Assembly (NCBI RefSeq): GCF_001194135.2 | Contig: NC_068991.1 | Coordinates: 33,972,404 to 34,029,332, forward strand | Source: Octopus bimaculoides | Taxonomy: Eukaryota | Length of the DNA stretch: 56,929 nucleotides | Direction: 5' to 3' | Shown: piece by piece, positions 1 to 11,849 of the stretch | Layout of the letters: the number at the start of each line of letters is the position of its first letter | How positions within the stretch are numbered: the stretch's first letter is position 1 | Program-made: the position numbers and the translations under genes | Notes under the pieces: model-generated | What the model was told of the DNA's origin: nothing | What the model saw: the letters and a program-made list of their open reading frames with translations, nothing else | Database searches by the model: none

Positions 1-413
1 TATACACAAATACATTCATATATATATAAATATATACACACTATTTAACACTCACATATATAAATATATAAAGAAGGAATAGTATAAACAAATACACACT
101 TACACACGCTCTCTCACACACAAATATATATATATATACATCTATACACACACATATACGTACATACATATATATAAATATATATACAAATATACACACA
201 TATATATACACAAACACATATATATACTTATACATATATACTAACACATATAGACTAAAACACGCACACTCACATATATACGTATACACATACCCATATG
301 TATATACAAAAAAACAATATATACATACATATACACACATACACTCATATATATATATACACACAGACTTAAACACTCACACATATATAAAATATATATA
401 TAAAAAATCACAA
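1..413. repeat. Compound (TA)n/(CA)n microsatellite
   Basis: Almost entirely TA/CA dinucleotide runs; the 41..376 ORF is a translation artefact. Confidence 0.95.
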
Positions 414-1826
414 TTAGCTAACATTTTTATATAAATAAAGTAATTTATGTCTACATTTTATTTTTCATTCATCAAAAGAATTAAGCAAATTATTATCCTT
501 ATGAAATAATATCTCTTTAAATTCATTATTACATAAATTACAAAAAATATTACTTATATGATAGGATTTTGCCTTACAAACTATCTCCCATTTTAAAGTA
601 TAGTTAATGTTTTTAGATTTAAGTTCCCAAATATATTTATTAAGGCCAGTAGAATTAATCAAATTTCTATTCTTAAATGAGTGCATATGTTGAGCCACTC
701 GTAATTTAATTTTATCAGAAGTCGATCCTATATAAATCTTATTTAGATTATAACCATTATGTTTATTCCCATTCATTAACGTCACTATACATTTATGCAC
801 TACATCCTTCAAATTACATTTATTATTAAATTTATGTTTAGTCTTATCTAAACATGTACAATTAATTATATCCTGGTCCACATTATTATTATTATTATTA
901 GAATAATTATTAAATTTATAATACATATTTAACTTAAATCTATTAAAAGAAGAGATAATATAAGCAACATTATTAGTAGTAGAATAACCTACACCAAAAT
1001 TATTATTAGAAAATATATAATGATATTTTTTAACTCTAAGGAATATATCAATAACTTTTAAAATTTCGTTAATAAGGTTAGTTTTAACTTGAACGCCGTA
1101 TGGAATAATTAGCCAGAGTTTGTTCTTATTATAGATATTATTGTATTTATTATTAATATTATTAAATTTATTATTATCTTTAAAAAAATTAACATTAAAA
1201 TTAAAATTATATTTATTATTGTTTCTATTAAAATTATGTTTATGTAATTTATTATCATAATACCTATCATTCTTATTATAATTACCTAAGGAGACAGTAT
1301 CATGAGTATAAAGGTTATGTTTATTAAAAAGATCATTACTATTATAATCATTACTAACAAAATTATAATTATATTTCGGATTATTAAAAAATTTTATATC
1401 ATTAGTATATCCCGCCTTTTGAAGGGCTTTATGGTAATAAGGTGCATGTTTTTCAAAGATCTCTATATTCAAAGAGAGTAAAGATATTCTCTTACCTATA
1501 GTAAATGTTAATGATTTTTTAATTGAGGGTGGGTGATTACTTTTCACATGAATGTATTTAATATTTTCATTAATCTTATGGTAAGGTTGGGTATTACCTG
1601 TAGATAAGTTAAAATAATTTATATTATAGTACTCATTATAAAGAGTAATCTTTAAACCATTTCTTTTAAAAAAATTATATATTCTCTTCTTATATAATTC
1701 TAGTTTTCTATTAGTGCAATTTTTAGTAAGTAATAAAAGGTCATTCCTATATAAATCACCCTCCAATTTTAAGTTTACAAGTTTTGAATAGAATTGATTT
1801 TCGATAGTTTTAATCGATTTAAATTT
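414..1826 (-). mobile_element. Penelope-like element ORF: RT C-terminal half, thumb, Asn-rich linker, GIY-YIG endonuclease
   Basis: Frame is open from the gap edge (1826) to TGA at 465-467. Motifs: LYRND (for YRDD), GLKIT, PYHK..YIHVKSNHPPSIKK, YHKALQKAGY, VKTNL, CTC..C, IYIGST..KLRVAQH, YIWELK, LKWEIV, CNLCNNE, LLN. After the TGA the same frame reads KIKCRHKLLYLYKNVS* (stop at 414-416). Confidence 0.9.
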
Positions 1827-2535
1827 NNNNNNNNNNNNNNNNNNNNNNNNNNNNNNNNNNNNNNNNNNNNNNNNNNNNNNNNNNNNNNNNNNNNNNNNNN
1901 NNNNNNNNNNNNNNNNNNNNNNNNNNNNNNNNNNNNNNNNNNNNNNNNNNNNNNNNNNNNNNNNNNNNNNNNNNNNNNNNNNNNNNNNNNNNNNNNNNNN
2001 NNNNNNNNNNNNNNNNNNNNNNNNNNNNNNNNNNNNNNNNNNNNNNNNNNNNNNNNNNNNNNNNNNNNNNNNNNNNNNNNNNNNNNNNNNNNNNNNNNNN
2101 NNNNNNNNNNNNNNNNNNNNNNNNNNNNNNNNNNNNNNNNNNNNNNNNNNNNNNNNNNNNNNNNNNNNNNNNNNNNNNNTATATATATATAAACAAATGA
2201 ATAGATGTCAAATTCCATACAATAGAAATTCTCGACTGATTAAATTTAACCCCAGAGTAATTTACTTTCAGAGGATGTGTCATAGTAATATAGTAATCAA
2301 ATGACAATGAAGACCAACTCCACTTGAGAACGGTAAATAGACTTAAGAATAAAGAACTCTCTACAACTGACATACTGTTAAGAAAAAAGACAGTGTTAGA
2401 CATATGTCACTGGCTCAATAGCTGTCATCAACATGACAATTATCTGCTGTTATGTCCAACAGCCAAAGCACTTAGACACATTAGAGTAGAAAATCTATTT
2501 GGGCTAGGTAATTTGCATAATTTGAATATGTATAT

Positions 2536-2579
<44 letters not shown>

Positions 2580-2593
2580 ATGCATAATATGTA

Positions 2594-3300
2594 TCATCAT
2601 CATCATCATAATCATATAACGTTCAGTTTCCATGCTGGTATGGGATAGACTATTTAACAAGGGCTGTTTTGTGAAACTCTATTGTCTGTTTTGGCATGGT
2701 TTCTACAGTTGGATGTCTTTCTTAATGCCAACTACTTTACAGAGTGGGGGCGCTAAGCAGCGACGTGTATAAATGCAATGTTATTACCAGTTTGAATATG
2801 CTAGTGATAAGTTCAAACTCATAAACAGGTGATTCACTGTTTTGTCATGGAGAAAATTTCTCACAGTAGACAAATGGTGTAAATACACCTACATCATTTG
2901 TCTACAGTAAGAAATTTTCTCCATGACAAAACACAGTGAATGGCTTGTTTACGATTTCAAACTTACCACTACCATATTTGAGCTGGTAATAACATTGCAC
3001 TTTACAGAGTGTTTTAGATACATTTTTTGTGGCACCAGCACCAGTAGGTTCACCAAGTAACTTGGAAGACAAGACAAAGTCCCCTTGACTGGGGAAGTGG
3101 TATTGAGGGAGGTTGCTTTGTGCCAGTTGCTGAGAGGTTAAAAGAATACTATGTAGAAGAGATACAAGGATGTTCCTGTTGGAGAAGAAGGGGGAGAAAG
3201 AGAGACTGAGAGAGAAAGATAGAGATGGAGAGAGGAATGGTGGTGGATATGTGTCAGGACACACCCTCAAGGTACAGAAGGGGTGAATATAGTTGAAGTG
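2594..3300 (-). mobile_element. RTE-tail-type SINE/LINE 3' fragment, interrupted by a palindromic insert
   Basis: (CAT)n at 2594 followed by the reverse complement of the ccatgccagcatggaaa / gtagaaaccatgccaaaacagac tail, related to the tails at 4560-4773 and 7545-7727; body resumes after 2999. Confidence 0.55.
2747..2998. repeat. Palindromic (foldback/MITE-like) element
   Basis: About 110-bp arms, 2775-2881 versus 2890-2998 (gcaatgttattaccag ... ctggtaataacattgc), with an almost absent spacer; flanked by direct ACTTTACAGAGTG at 2734-2746 and 2999-3011. Confidence 0.8.
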
Positions 3301-3782
3301 CTACAGAGAATTGAACTGGGTGTGTTGGTAGGGAGGGGGACAGAAAGGAGAATTTCATAAGAATGTAAGGAGAGACAATTCGAGATGGAATAGTGGTGAC
3401 TGTAGTAATTGATAGCGAGATATATAGGAGTGGCTTAGGGAGAAGGGAGGGTTATGTTAGATATGTGAGGGCTTTGGGAATGATAGAAGATAAAAGAGGT
3501 GTCATGGATGGAGTTTAGCACATACACAAACACACATCCACACACACATTACAACTTATCTTTCCCACTTTCTGGAACTATTTCACCTGATAGCCACCTT
3601 TCATTCTTAATACTGTCATCCCTGTTTACATTTTATGTTGATCAATTTCCTGAACCACCAAATTATCTCTTCCACCACCAACCATCATTCCCTCTCTGCA
3701 TTCACTGTAACAGACTCACACTCTTACAATCTACTCAATCACACAACATCATTCCTTCTGCTCTTTCTGTCTGTTTACCTGT

Positions 3783-3886
3783 CTCTCTCTCTCTCTCTCT
3801 CTCTCTCATTATTCCCCTATCTAGTGTATTATTATTATCATCGTCGTCGTCGTCGTCGTCGTCGTCATCATCATCATCACCATCAC

Positions 3887-3922
<36 letters not shown>

Positions 3923-3960
3923 TATCATTATTATCATTATTATTATGATAACTATTATTA
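3783..3960. repeat. (CT)n plus (TCG)n/(TCA)n/(TTA)n microsatellites
   Basis: Direct inspection; explains the poly-Ser and poly-His ORFs. Confidence 0.95.
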
Positions 3961-4185
3961 TCTAAGATGGTACAAAGTATACTATATTGTACATTGTTAA
4001 TTGAAGATATTGCGTATACCAGGGATTTGTGTTGTCTGTCAAGTCACAAGAACTTCAGACAGTACTTTACACAGTATGCATGCAGATCATAGGGTATTTC
4101 TAAAGTATCCTGATGTTTCTGTAAGTTGGGTGGTATTGAACCTAATCCTCTCATAACTGCCACATCTTGACAATTACAATTTTCA

Positions 4186-4722
4186 GGTCTCACCGAGGCG
4201 ATGACTTCTGACCGAAACCTTTGGAAATATGCTGTGAATGAGAAGACCCGGCAAGCCAAGTGAGACCTAAACCCAAGGCCTCTGCCAGGGGTGTAGCCAG
4301 CCCACTTATGTGTACCTTTCCTTCATTGGACACTAAACTCCACTTGTGAAGACTCGTTGGAGCAAGCAAAAGCAAAATCATGATGGCACCTGTGCCCAGC
4401 GTCGCCTTCCTGGCACTTGTGCCGGTGGTACGTGTAAAGACATTCGAGTGAGATCATTGCCAGTGCCACTGGACTGGCTCCTGTGCAGGTGGCACGTAAA
4501 ATAGATCATTTTGAGCGTGGTTGTTGCCAGTACGGCCTGACTGGCCTTCGTGCCGGTGGCACGTAAAAGCACCCACTACACTCTTGGAGTGGTTGGCGTT
4601 AGGAAGGGCATCCAGCTGTAGAAACTCTGCCAAATCAGATGGAAGCTTGGTGTAGCCATCTGTTTCACCAGTCCTCAGTCAAATCGTCCAACCCATGCTA
4701 GCATGGAAAGCGGACGTTAAAC

Positions 4723-4773
<51 letters not shown>
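4186..4773 (+). mobile_element. RTE-clade LINE 3' end (last codons, 3' UTR, (GAT)n tail)
   Basis: Matches 6868-7727 (…ggaaatatgctg…gagaagacccggca.gccaagtgagacc…; tail cccatgctagcatggaaagcggacgttaaacgatgat). Confidence 0.85.
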
Positions 4774-5199
4774 ATAGTAAACAGAAGACATTACCAGCAT
4801 GTGAAACATGGGGATTTCTGGTTCAAGAGAAGAGACTTCCGGTACAAGAGAAAGGATTTCTGGTATTGGTGGTGGGGGTAGGAAAAGGTGGGTGCATCAT
4901 GAAACAGAAATGCAAGCACAGGCTAGCTTCACATTAAGGTTATGAAATTATTTTAAGGATCGTTTAGCATGTTAGTAATATTAGTTAGATAAATGAAGAG
5001 AAATGATGAATGATTAAAAAGAAAGAGAATTTCTTAGCTGAATTTCTTAGGCTGGACATTTTGCATTGTGATATGATGGTGTCATATAGCAGGGGAGAAG
5101 GTTGGAGACAAAAGCCATGTCTTATAGCCAGGACACATATATGTGAGGAGAAGTCAAAATTTATCTGCAATTTCACTATATCTTTATTATTGTCACACT

Positions 5200-5353
5200 G
5201 CCTTCTGCACATGCATGCTTATAGTTGGTACTGTTGTGGTCATGTGATTGAAATTTCAGCCTGATCATGCTATTTTTCCTTCTGGCTTTACAGTGTAAAC
5301 ATGGCTGCTCCACTAGCAATGTGCACCAAAGAAAAACAAAGAGCAGTGATCCA
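5200..5353 (+). mobile_element. Mariner-like transposase 5' fragment
   Basis: atggctgctccactagcaatgtgcaccaaagaaaaacaaagagcagtgatc = MAAPLAMCTKEKQRAVI, resembling mariner N-termini. Confidence 0.4.
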
Positions 5354-5459
5354 GGAGATGGTAATGGTGAACTGGTTCACCATTATTATCTCTTGAGCTT
5401 GCTAAATCTTCTCGTCAGTGGTAGAGATTGCTGGGCATCCTGCTCCCTCTTTGTGCATC

Positions 5460-5730
5460 ATGCTTGTCCGGTCACTATTAAACTTTTCGATCCACTCAGA
5501 CACACTTCTTTGTGGTAATGCACCAGATATTGTTGTGGTAGATAAAGAAAAAAAGGAAACCAAGTTTATAAATATTGCAGTACCTAGGGATGCACACATA
5601 AGTGACAAAGAACTAAAGATTGAAAAGTACAGACTAATAAAAGACAAAATTGCAAGAATGTGGACTATGAGGAGAGTATCTGTCATTCCAGTAGTTGTAG
5701 GGGCATTTGGAGCACTAACAACCAAATTCG
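5460..5730 (+). mobile_element. R4/Dong-like non-LTR element, restriction-like endonuclease fragment
   Basis: NFSIHSDTLLCGNAPDIVVVDK..INIAVPRD..KY..MW..VSVIPVVVGAFG matches the PD..D RLE motif. Confidence 0.75.
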
Positions 5731-7727
5731 AGAGAAAGCCTTTGACAGGGTCCTCTGATCCCTTATCTGGTGGTCAATGAGGAAACTAGGAATAGAAGAA
5801 TGGTTAGTGAGAGCTGTGCGAGCCATGTACAGAGACGCTGTCAGTAAGGTGAGGGTTGGCAATGAGTATAGTGAAGAATTCTGCGTAGAGGTAGGTGTCC
5901 ACCAAGGTTCTGTCCTCAGCCCCCTCCTATTTATCATAGTCCTCCAGGCGATAACAGAGGAATTCAAGACAGGATGCCCCTGGGAGCTCCTCTATGCTGA
6001 CGACCTTGCACTAATTGCTGAGTCACTATCAGAACTAGAGAAGTTTCAGGTATGGAAGCAGGGACTAGAATCGTAGGGCCTTAGAGTCAATCTAGCTAAA
6101 ACCAAAGTCCTTATAAGTAGAAAGGTAGAGAAAACACAAACCACTTCAGGCAGATGGCCCTGCTCAATTTGTAGAAAAGGTGTAGGTAGAAACTCTCTAA
6201 GATGCACCTAGTGCAAGCTATGGACACATAAGAGGTGCAGCAATATCAAAGGCAGGTTAAGTAGGAAGTTAGTTTTTGTATGTGGCAGATGTTCAGGTGC
6301 AATAAACACTGCAAACAAACAGGAAACAACTTCTGTCTCTTTCCAGGGAGAAAAACTAGAGGTAGTTGATAGCTTCCGCTATCTGGGTGACCAAGTTAGT
6401 AGTGGGGGTGGGTGCGCTGAAAGTGTAGCTGCTAAAATAAGAATAGCCTGGGCAAAGTTCAGAGAGCTCTTACCCCTGCTGGCGACAAAGGGCCTCTCAC
6501 TCAAAGTAAAAGGCAGACTGTATGACGCATGTGTACGAACAGCCATGCTACATGGCAGTGAAACATGGGCTGTGATTGCTGAGAACATGCGTAAGCTCAC
6601 AAGAAATGAAGCCAGTATGCTCCGATAGATGAGTAATGTCAGTTTGCATATCCGACAGAGCGTAAGTATCTTGAGAGAAAAGTTGAACATAAGAAGCATC
6701 AGTTGTGCTGTGCAAAAGAGACGATTGCGCTGGTGTGGACATGTGGTGAGAATGGATGAGGATAGCTGCGTGAAAAAGTGCCACACACTAGCGGTTGAGG
6801 GAACCCGTGGAAGAGGCAGGCCTAGGAAGACCTGGGATGAGGTGGTGAACCACGACCTCCAAACATTAGGCCTCACTGAGGCAATGACTTTTGACCGTGA
6901 CCTTTGGAAATATGCTGAGCGTGAGAAGACCCGGCAGGCCAAGTGAGACCAAAATCCAAAGCCTCTGCCAGGGATGTAGCCAGCCCACTTATGCATAACA
7001 TTCCTTTATTGGACACTAAACTCCGCTTGCGAAGACATGGTGAGGCAAGTGAAATCGAAATCGAACTATATTTGTAGGAACACTAAACTTGGCTTGCCAA
7101 GACCTGTTGAGGCAAGCGAAAGTGAAATCATGATGGCACTTGTACCAGTGGAGCACTAAGAGCACCGTCCGATCGTTGCCAGAGCAGCTGTCTGGCTTCC
7201 GTGCCGGTGGCACGTAGATAGCACCAGCGTGATCGTTATCAATGTCGCCTTCCTGGCACTTGTGCCAGTGGCACGTGAAAAGTTATTCGAGCGTGATCGT
7301 TGCCAGTGCTGATGGACTGGCTCCTGTGCAGTTGACACGTAAAATACACCATTTCGAGCGTGCCTGTGGATCGTTACCAACGTTGCCTTCCTGGCACTTG
7401 TGCCAGTGGCACATGAAAAGACCTTCGAGCGAGATCATTGCCAATGCCAATGGACTGGCCCTTGTGCAGGTGGCATGTAAAATACACCATTTCGAGTGGC
7501 TGTTGCCAGTACCCGCCAGACTGGCCCTCATGCCAGTGGCACGTAAAAGCACCCACTACACTCTCGGAGTGGTTGACGTTAGGAAGGGCATCCAGCGTTA
7601 GAAACTCTGCCAAATTAGATTGGAGCCTGGTGTCGCCTCCTGGTCCACCAGTCCTCAGTCAAATCGTCCAACCCATGCTAGCATGGAAAGCAGATGTTAA
7701 ACGACGACGATGATGATGATGATGATG
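5730..7727 (+). mobile_element. 5'-truncated RTE-clade LINE (RT with inserted PHD finger, tandem-repeat 3' UTR, (GAT)n tail)
   Basis: EKAFDRV, GVHQGSVLSPLLF, LLYADDL, GLRVNLAKTK, FRYLGD, RRLRWCGHVVRM, RGRGRPRKTW; stops at about 6073, 6209 and 6628 show it is inactive. Confidence 0.92.
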
Positions 7728-8389
7728 TAACTTTATAGTACTGAGTAATCTGAGCTTGAACAAACAAGTTTTCTGTTGGAAGCCAGTGGAATTTCAAGTT
7801 GCATGTAGTCAAATCAAACAGTTTAAAATAACAGTATATATATAACTTCTATAAATATATTGAGTTCTTTTTTCTTCCATTTGTCCACTCATCTGTCTGT
7901 CTGTCTGTATGTATTTAATAACAACAACAATAATCCTTGGACAGAATTTACAAGCATGTAACACATTGCTACATGAATTTCCACAAATCACATGTCTCTT
8001 AAGATCACAGTCCTTATTCCTGGGATGATTACAGTGTAGTCCGTAGTATCCATGGGTATTGGGTTGATCATCTTCATGGATTCATTTCTTCAGGTGATAT
8101 AACATTAATGGATGTTTAACAGAGAGATGTTTATCCCTTTTGACTAGTTTGAAGATTGATTCAGTTATGTGGGTATTTCTATGTATATTTGGTGGAGTGG
8201 AAGGGAAGGTGATTGAAAGAGAGGAAGGAATAATAGTTATATGGGGATGGAGGTGTGTGGTGATGTTTGACTTACTTTGCTATTCAGTCTGCAGATGTCA
8301 ATGATGGGTAGTACATTTCTTTGTTCGATCTCATTTAAGATATGACTATTTTGAGTGAACTCTTAAGTAAACAGATCAGCCAGTACAGC

Positions 8390-9340
8390 CATCAGATGGT
8401 TGGTCATTGCTGAAGATTTGCATCCCTGCTCAAGAAAAAGATTCCTGATGTACATTTTGTCCACTGTGTATTACAAAGAAATCCTCTCTTAGCTAAAAAT
8501 ATAACTGGAGATCTACATGCTTTAAATTTGTGTATCTGATCAGTGAATCACATTTATTTACAATGTTGTGCAAAGAAAATGTGAAAAAAATTATGAAACC
8601 TTCAATCAGTTTCTTTTGCACATCAAAGTATGGTAGATATCAAGAAGTGATTCCTTACAGAAACTTGTTAGCTTATCTGAAACTAGTGTTGAGCTTCTTA
8701 TGGATGTAGATTATTCTCTGTCTTATGAATTAGAAAAAAAAGGGTAAAATGCAGTTTTTTCTATTTGGGAGATTTAGATTGAAAATATAACAAAATACAA
8801 AAATGTTTTGAAGATGATACAATTATCCAAAGCCAAACAATTCTCATAGACTTCTAAACTAAAATAAGTCGATATAAATTTTCATTGGCATGCAGAAATT
8901 ACAGATATCTTTCAAATTTATGGTAGCTGGAAAATGACAAAAAAGGAATATTTTCAAACACTAATCTAGAAATATACATAAATCATATAGGAAAATTAAA
9001 GAAAGACATTAAATTTCATTTTTCGAACCTGGAAAAAATGCATGTGCCTAATAGTTACACATTTTTCACTTGGAAAAAGAAATTGCAGGCATTGATCCAA
9101 GTCACAGGATGAGCTCATTATGTGTATGGATCTTGAAATTAATTCCTTATTTAAAAACAAAAATCTGAATAATTATTAGAGCAATATAAATACAAAAAAT
9201 AAACACCCTGAGCTTAGTGCAGCAGTTTTTACTAACATTTCCATGGTTGAAGTAGGTTTTAGTTATGCAAATTCACTTTTAACAAAGGAGATAAACAAAA
9301 TTAATTGGGAAGAGCACAGCAATATAATTTCCAGACAAGT
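8390..9340 (+). mobile_element. Decayed hAT (Buster/ZBED5-like) transposase
   Basis: MVGH..FASLLKKKIPDVHFVHCVLQRNPLLAKN (HC..H-type motif), LHIKVW*IS (for LHTEVRWLS), and a C-terminal VEVGFS..LLTK-like segment. Confidence 0.55.
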
Positions 9341-9369
9341 ATCAATGCAATAACTAGTGTTCATCAAAC

Positions 9370-10480
9370 ACACATCTCATGTTAAATATTCTGAATGAAT
9401 GAATTTTTATTGTTCTTTATCAATTTCATTAAATTTCTTCAAATATTTATCAAAAAGCAGTAATGACAGAAAAGAATGAAAGAATGATTGTTTTGAAATC
9501 AAGAAATTTTAAATTAATTATTCTATCTAATTATATTTTAGAAATGTGCATGATGGCTATCAAAAAATTATCAATGATTCCATAAAGGGGATTAATGATA
9601 TTAGAATTTTGCAAACTCCTGCTAGAGATAGATTTGTGTTTAATGTAATGAACAGATTAAGGCCTTTGAAGAGGCCAATGAGGTCCTTTTTAAATTTATC
9701 TATAAGCCCAGGGGTTGCAATAGCCACCATCCCAATACAATTTGTTCCTAAGCTGGGAGAACAGAATAAATAGGCCAATAAGGTCAGCGATTTTGGTCAA
9801 ATTGTTTACACCCATCTTTGTGAATTTTATTTTATTCAAATAGAAATATTATAATATGAGTTTTGTCAGCAGGGGTAATCACATGACCTTGGAACCGCTA
9901 ATATCAGTTTTAGTTTTAGTCATATGTAATGGAGGTATAATAATTATTAATTGAATAAATTTTGTACATACCTTATTAAGGATACCTTTGAAACAGTGTC
10001 ACTAAAATGGAATTACTCAATATGGCTAAAGAGGCAACTTCTCTGAGCTTCAATAGTATCTAATATACATTTGCTATGTCTACCTATATTTGATTTTGTT
10101 GAGTTAATCAGCCTAGTAGATGAGTTATTGTTGAAATCCAGTTGATCTTTCAGTGTCAAAAGAGGAGTTACAGAAATGAGAGTTTTTATATGATCCTAGA
10201 TAAATAGCTCAAAAGAGATTATAAATCCTGACTTGGAACAAACTACCAATGTTGTTAGAATAAACATGGATGAAGACCACTGCACAACATTAGCAGAGAT
10301 ACACAACATGAAATTGAATACCTACCGAAACTAATGGAGAACAGAAATTTCTGCCACAGTATTGTTGCAAGTGCTTAAAGAATTTTATAGACAGAAACCA
10401 TTCCATCATTAACACTTCTAGTTGTCTCTTACAATAGTTGTCTCTTACAATAAGAGATATTTTAAAACCAGAATACACAT
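9370..10480 (-). mobile_element. Heavily decayed Penelope-like element
   Basis: Frameshifted segments: KSNIGRHSKCILD (~10050-10090), VITPADKT (~9870), MGVNNLTKIADLIGLFIL..LYWDGG (for MG..AE.CELVGL.IL..LYRDDG), KFKKDLIGLFK..ITLNTNL. Confidence 0.6.
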
Positions 10481-11199
10481 GGTAACTGAAGTATGTTTTT
10501 ATGTTTAAAACATATAGTCTTCTTGTTCGAACACATTAGTGACAAGAAAGTTCTGTGTTGATGTAATAGGGAATTAATAATTTTTTTAACAGTTGCCAGA
10601 CAAGCAAATATATACTAATTGGCACAAATTTGTGCAAGCAAAGATACATCAGCCATATGGCAATGAGATATTCCTTTCATCTCTCTAAATGTGTGTGTGC
10701 AATGTGTATGTGTGTACCTATATTTAAGCTAATAAATATATCTATAAAGATGCAAAGCAAAAAGCATAAAAAAAAGTAAGATTTCCAAGTTAATTTCTAT
10801 ATTTCTCATTTGTAGACAATCTGAATGGATCTATAATTTCAGATCCATTTAACAGTGATGTAGTAATAGAGTCTGCTTTCTTGTTCAGTTAGGCAAAATG
10901 GGTGCAGGCATAGTTGTATAGTTAAGAAGTTCACCTTGCAGCCACATACTTTCTGACTCAATCCAATTGTGCAGCAAGTGTCTTCTACCATAGCTTTGTG
11001 AGTGAAATATAGTAGATGAAAAATGTGTGAAAACCTGTCAGAATAACCATTCCAGTTATTAGGTGGTAGAGTTAACCCATTGTCTAAGTTAGCACTGTCA
11101 CCCGTGTCTACTTTATTGGAGGAAGCAGTCGGTCCGGATCTCTGGTCTGAGAATAACTTCATACACAAACATCCAGAGAAGGGTTGCATAATTGAATGG

Positions 11200-11505
11200 T
11201 ATAGTTACTCACAGACAGGCACCAGCCTCTGGCCTACAGGTACACTACTCCTCTCTCTACCTTATCTACTATAAAAAGCTACTATAATGACCTCAGCTTC
11301 TTGGAAGTGATAGAGCTTATGACACCTCCACTCAGATATTATTTCTCTACTTGTCTCTCCTCTCATCATCCATGTTGTGACCAACCTTCACAATAACCAC
11401 CATGCTTAGTCCTTCCTTCCTAGAACATCAATGCTCTGGAATTCCTTCCAGTCTTATGTCTTTTCCACAGATAACAACTTACAAAGGTTCAAGAGAAACA
11501 CTGTA
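11200..11505 (+). mobile_element. LINE 3' end (Jockey/CR1/I-like)
   Basis: ccttccttcctagaacatcaatgctctggaattccttcc = SFLPRTSMLWNS, like the conserved C-terminal SFFPRT..LWNSLP…FK motif. Confidence 0.5.
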
Positions 11506-11511
11506 GTGAAG

Positions 11512-11690
11512 CTTCTCTCTCTCTCTGTTATATATACATAAATGCGGACATAGCAGATAACAGCAAGCCTTCGGCCACATCTTTGGTCCCTGTTGTGTCT
11601 ACCACTCTGATCGGTTGGTGTTGGCGCATTTTTGTCTCATTCTATTTCGTGCCAGGGTGCAACCCAACCAATCGCAGCCTTCAGATAAGA
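11512..11690. repeat. Unclassified interspersed repeat, copy 1 (copy 2 at 27944-28106)
   Basis: ctctctctgttatatataca…gcggacatag…ccctgttgtgtc.accactctgat.ggttggt…tgcaaccca.ccaat.gcagccttcag occurs at both places. Confidence 0.75.
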
Positions 11691-11849
11691 TCATGTGGCA
11701 CAGTTTTCTGAACCCGTTTTAGCCGATTATTTCTTATGAATAGCTAGCTTGTCTGCACCAAAGTTTGTCACGGCTTCATCCCTCGTGTTGAGTTTTGATA
11801 TTTGTCCAATTGCGCCATAAGGTTAGTTATATTGTGTTGAGATTGCTGT

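Noticed and set aside
3499-4000. Poly-Ser and poly-His/Arg ORFs
   Set aside because: Translations of trinucleotide microsatellites with no domain content.
7100-7560. CRISPR-like repeat/spacer array
   Set aside because: Units are degenerate tandem repeats without unique spacers, sit in a LINE 3' UTR, and there are no cas genes in this eukaryotic DNA.
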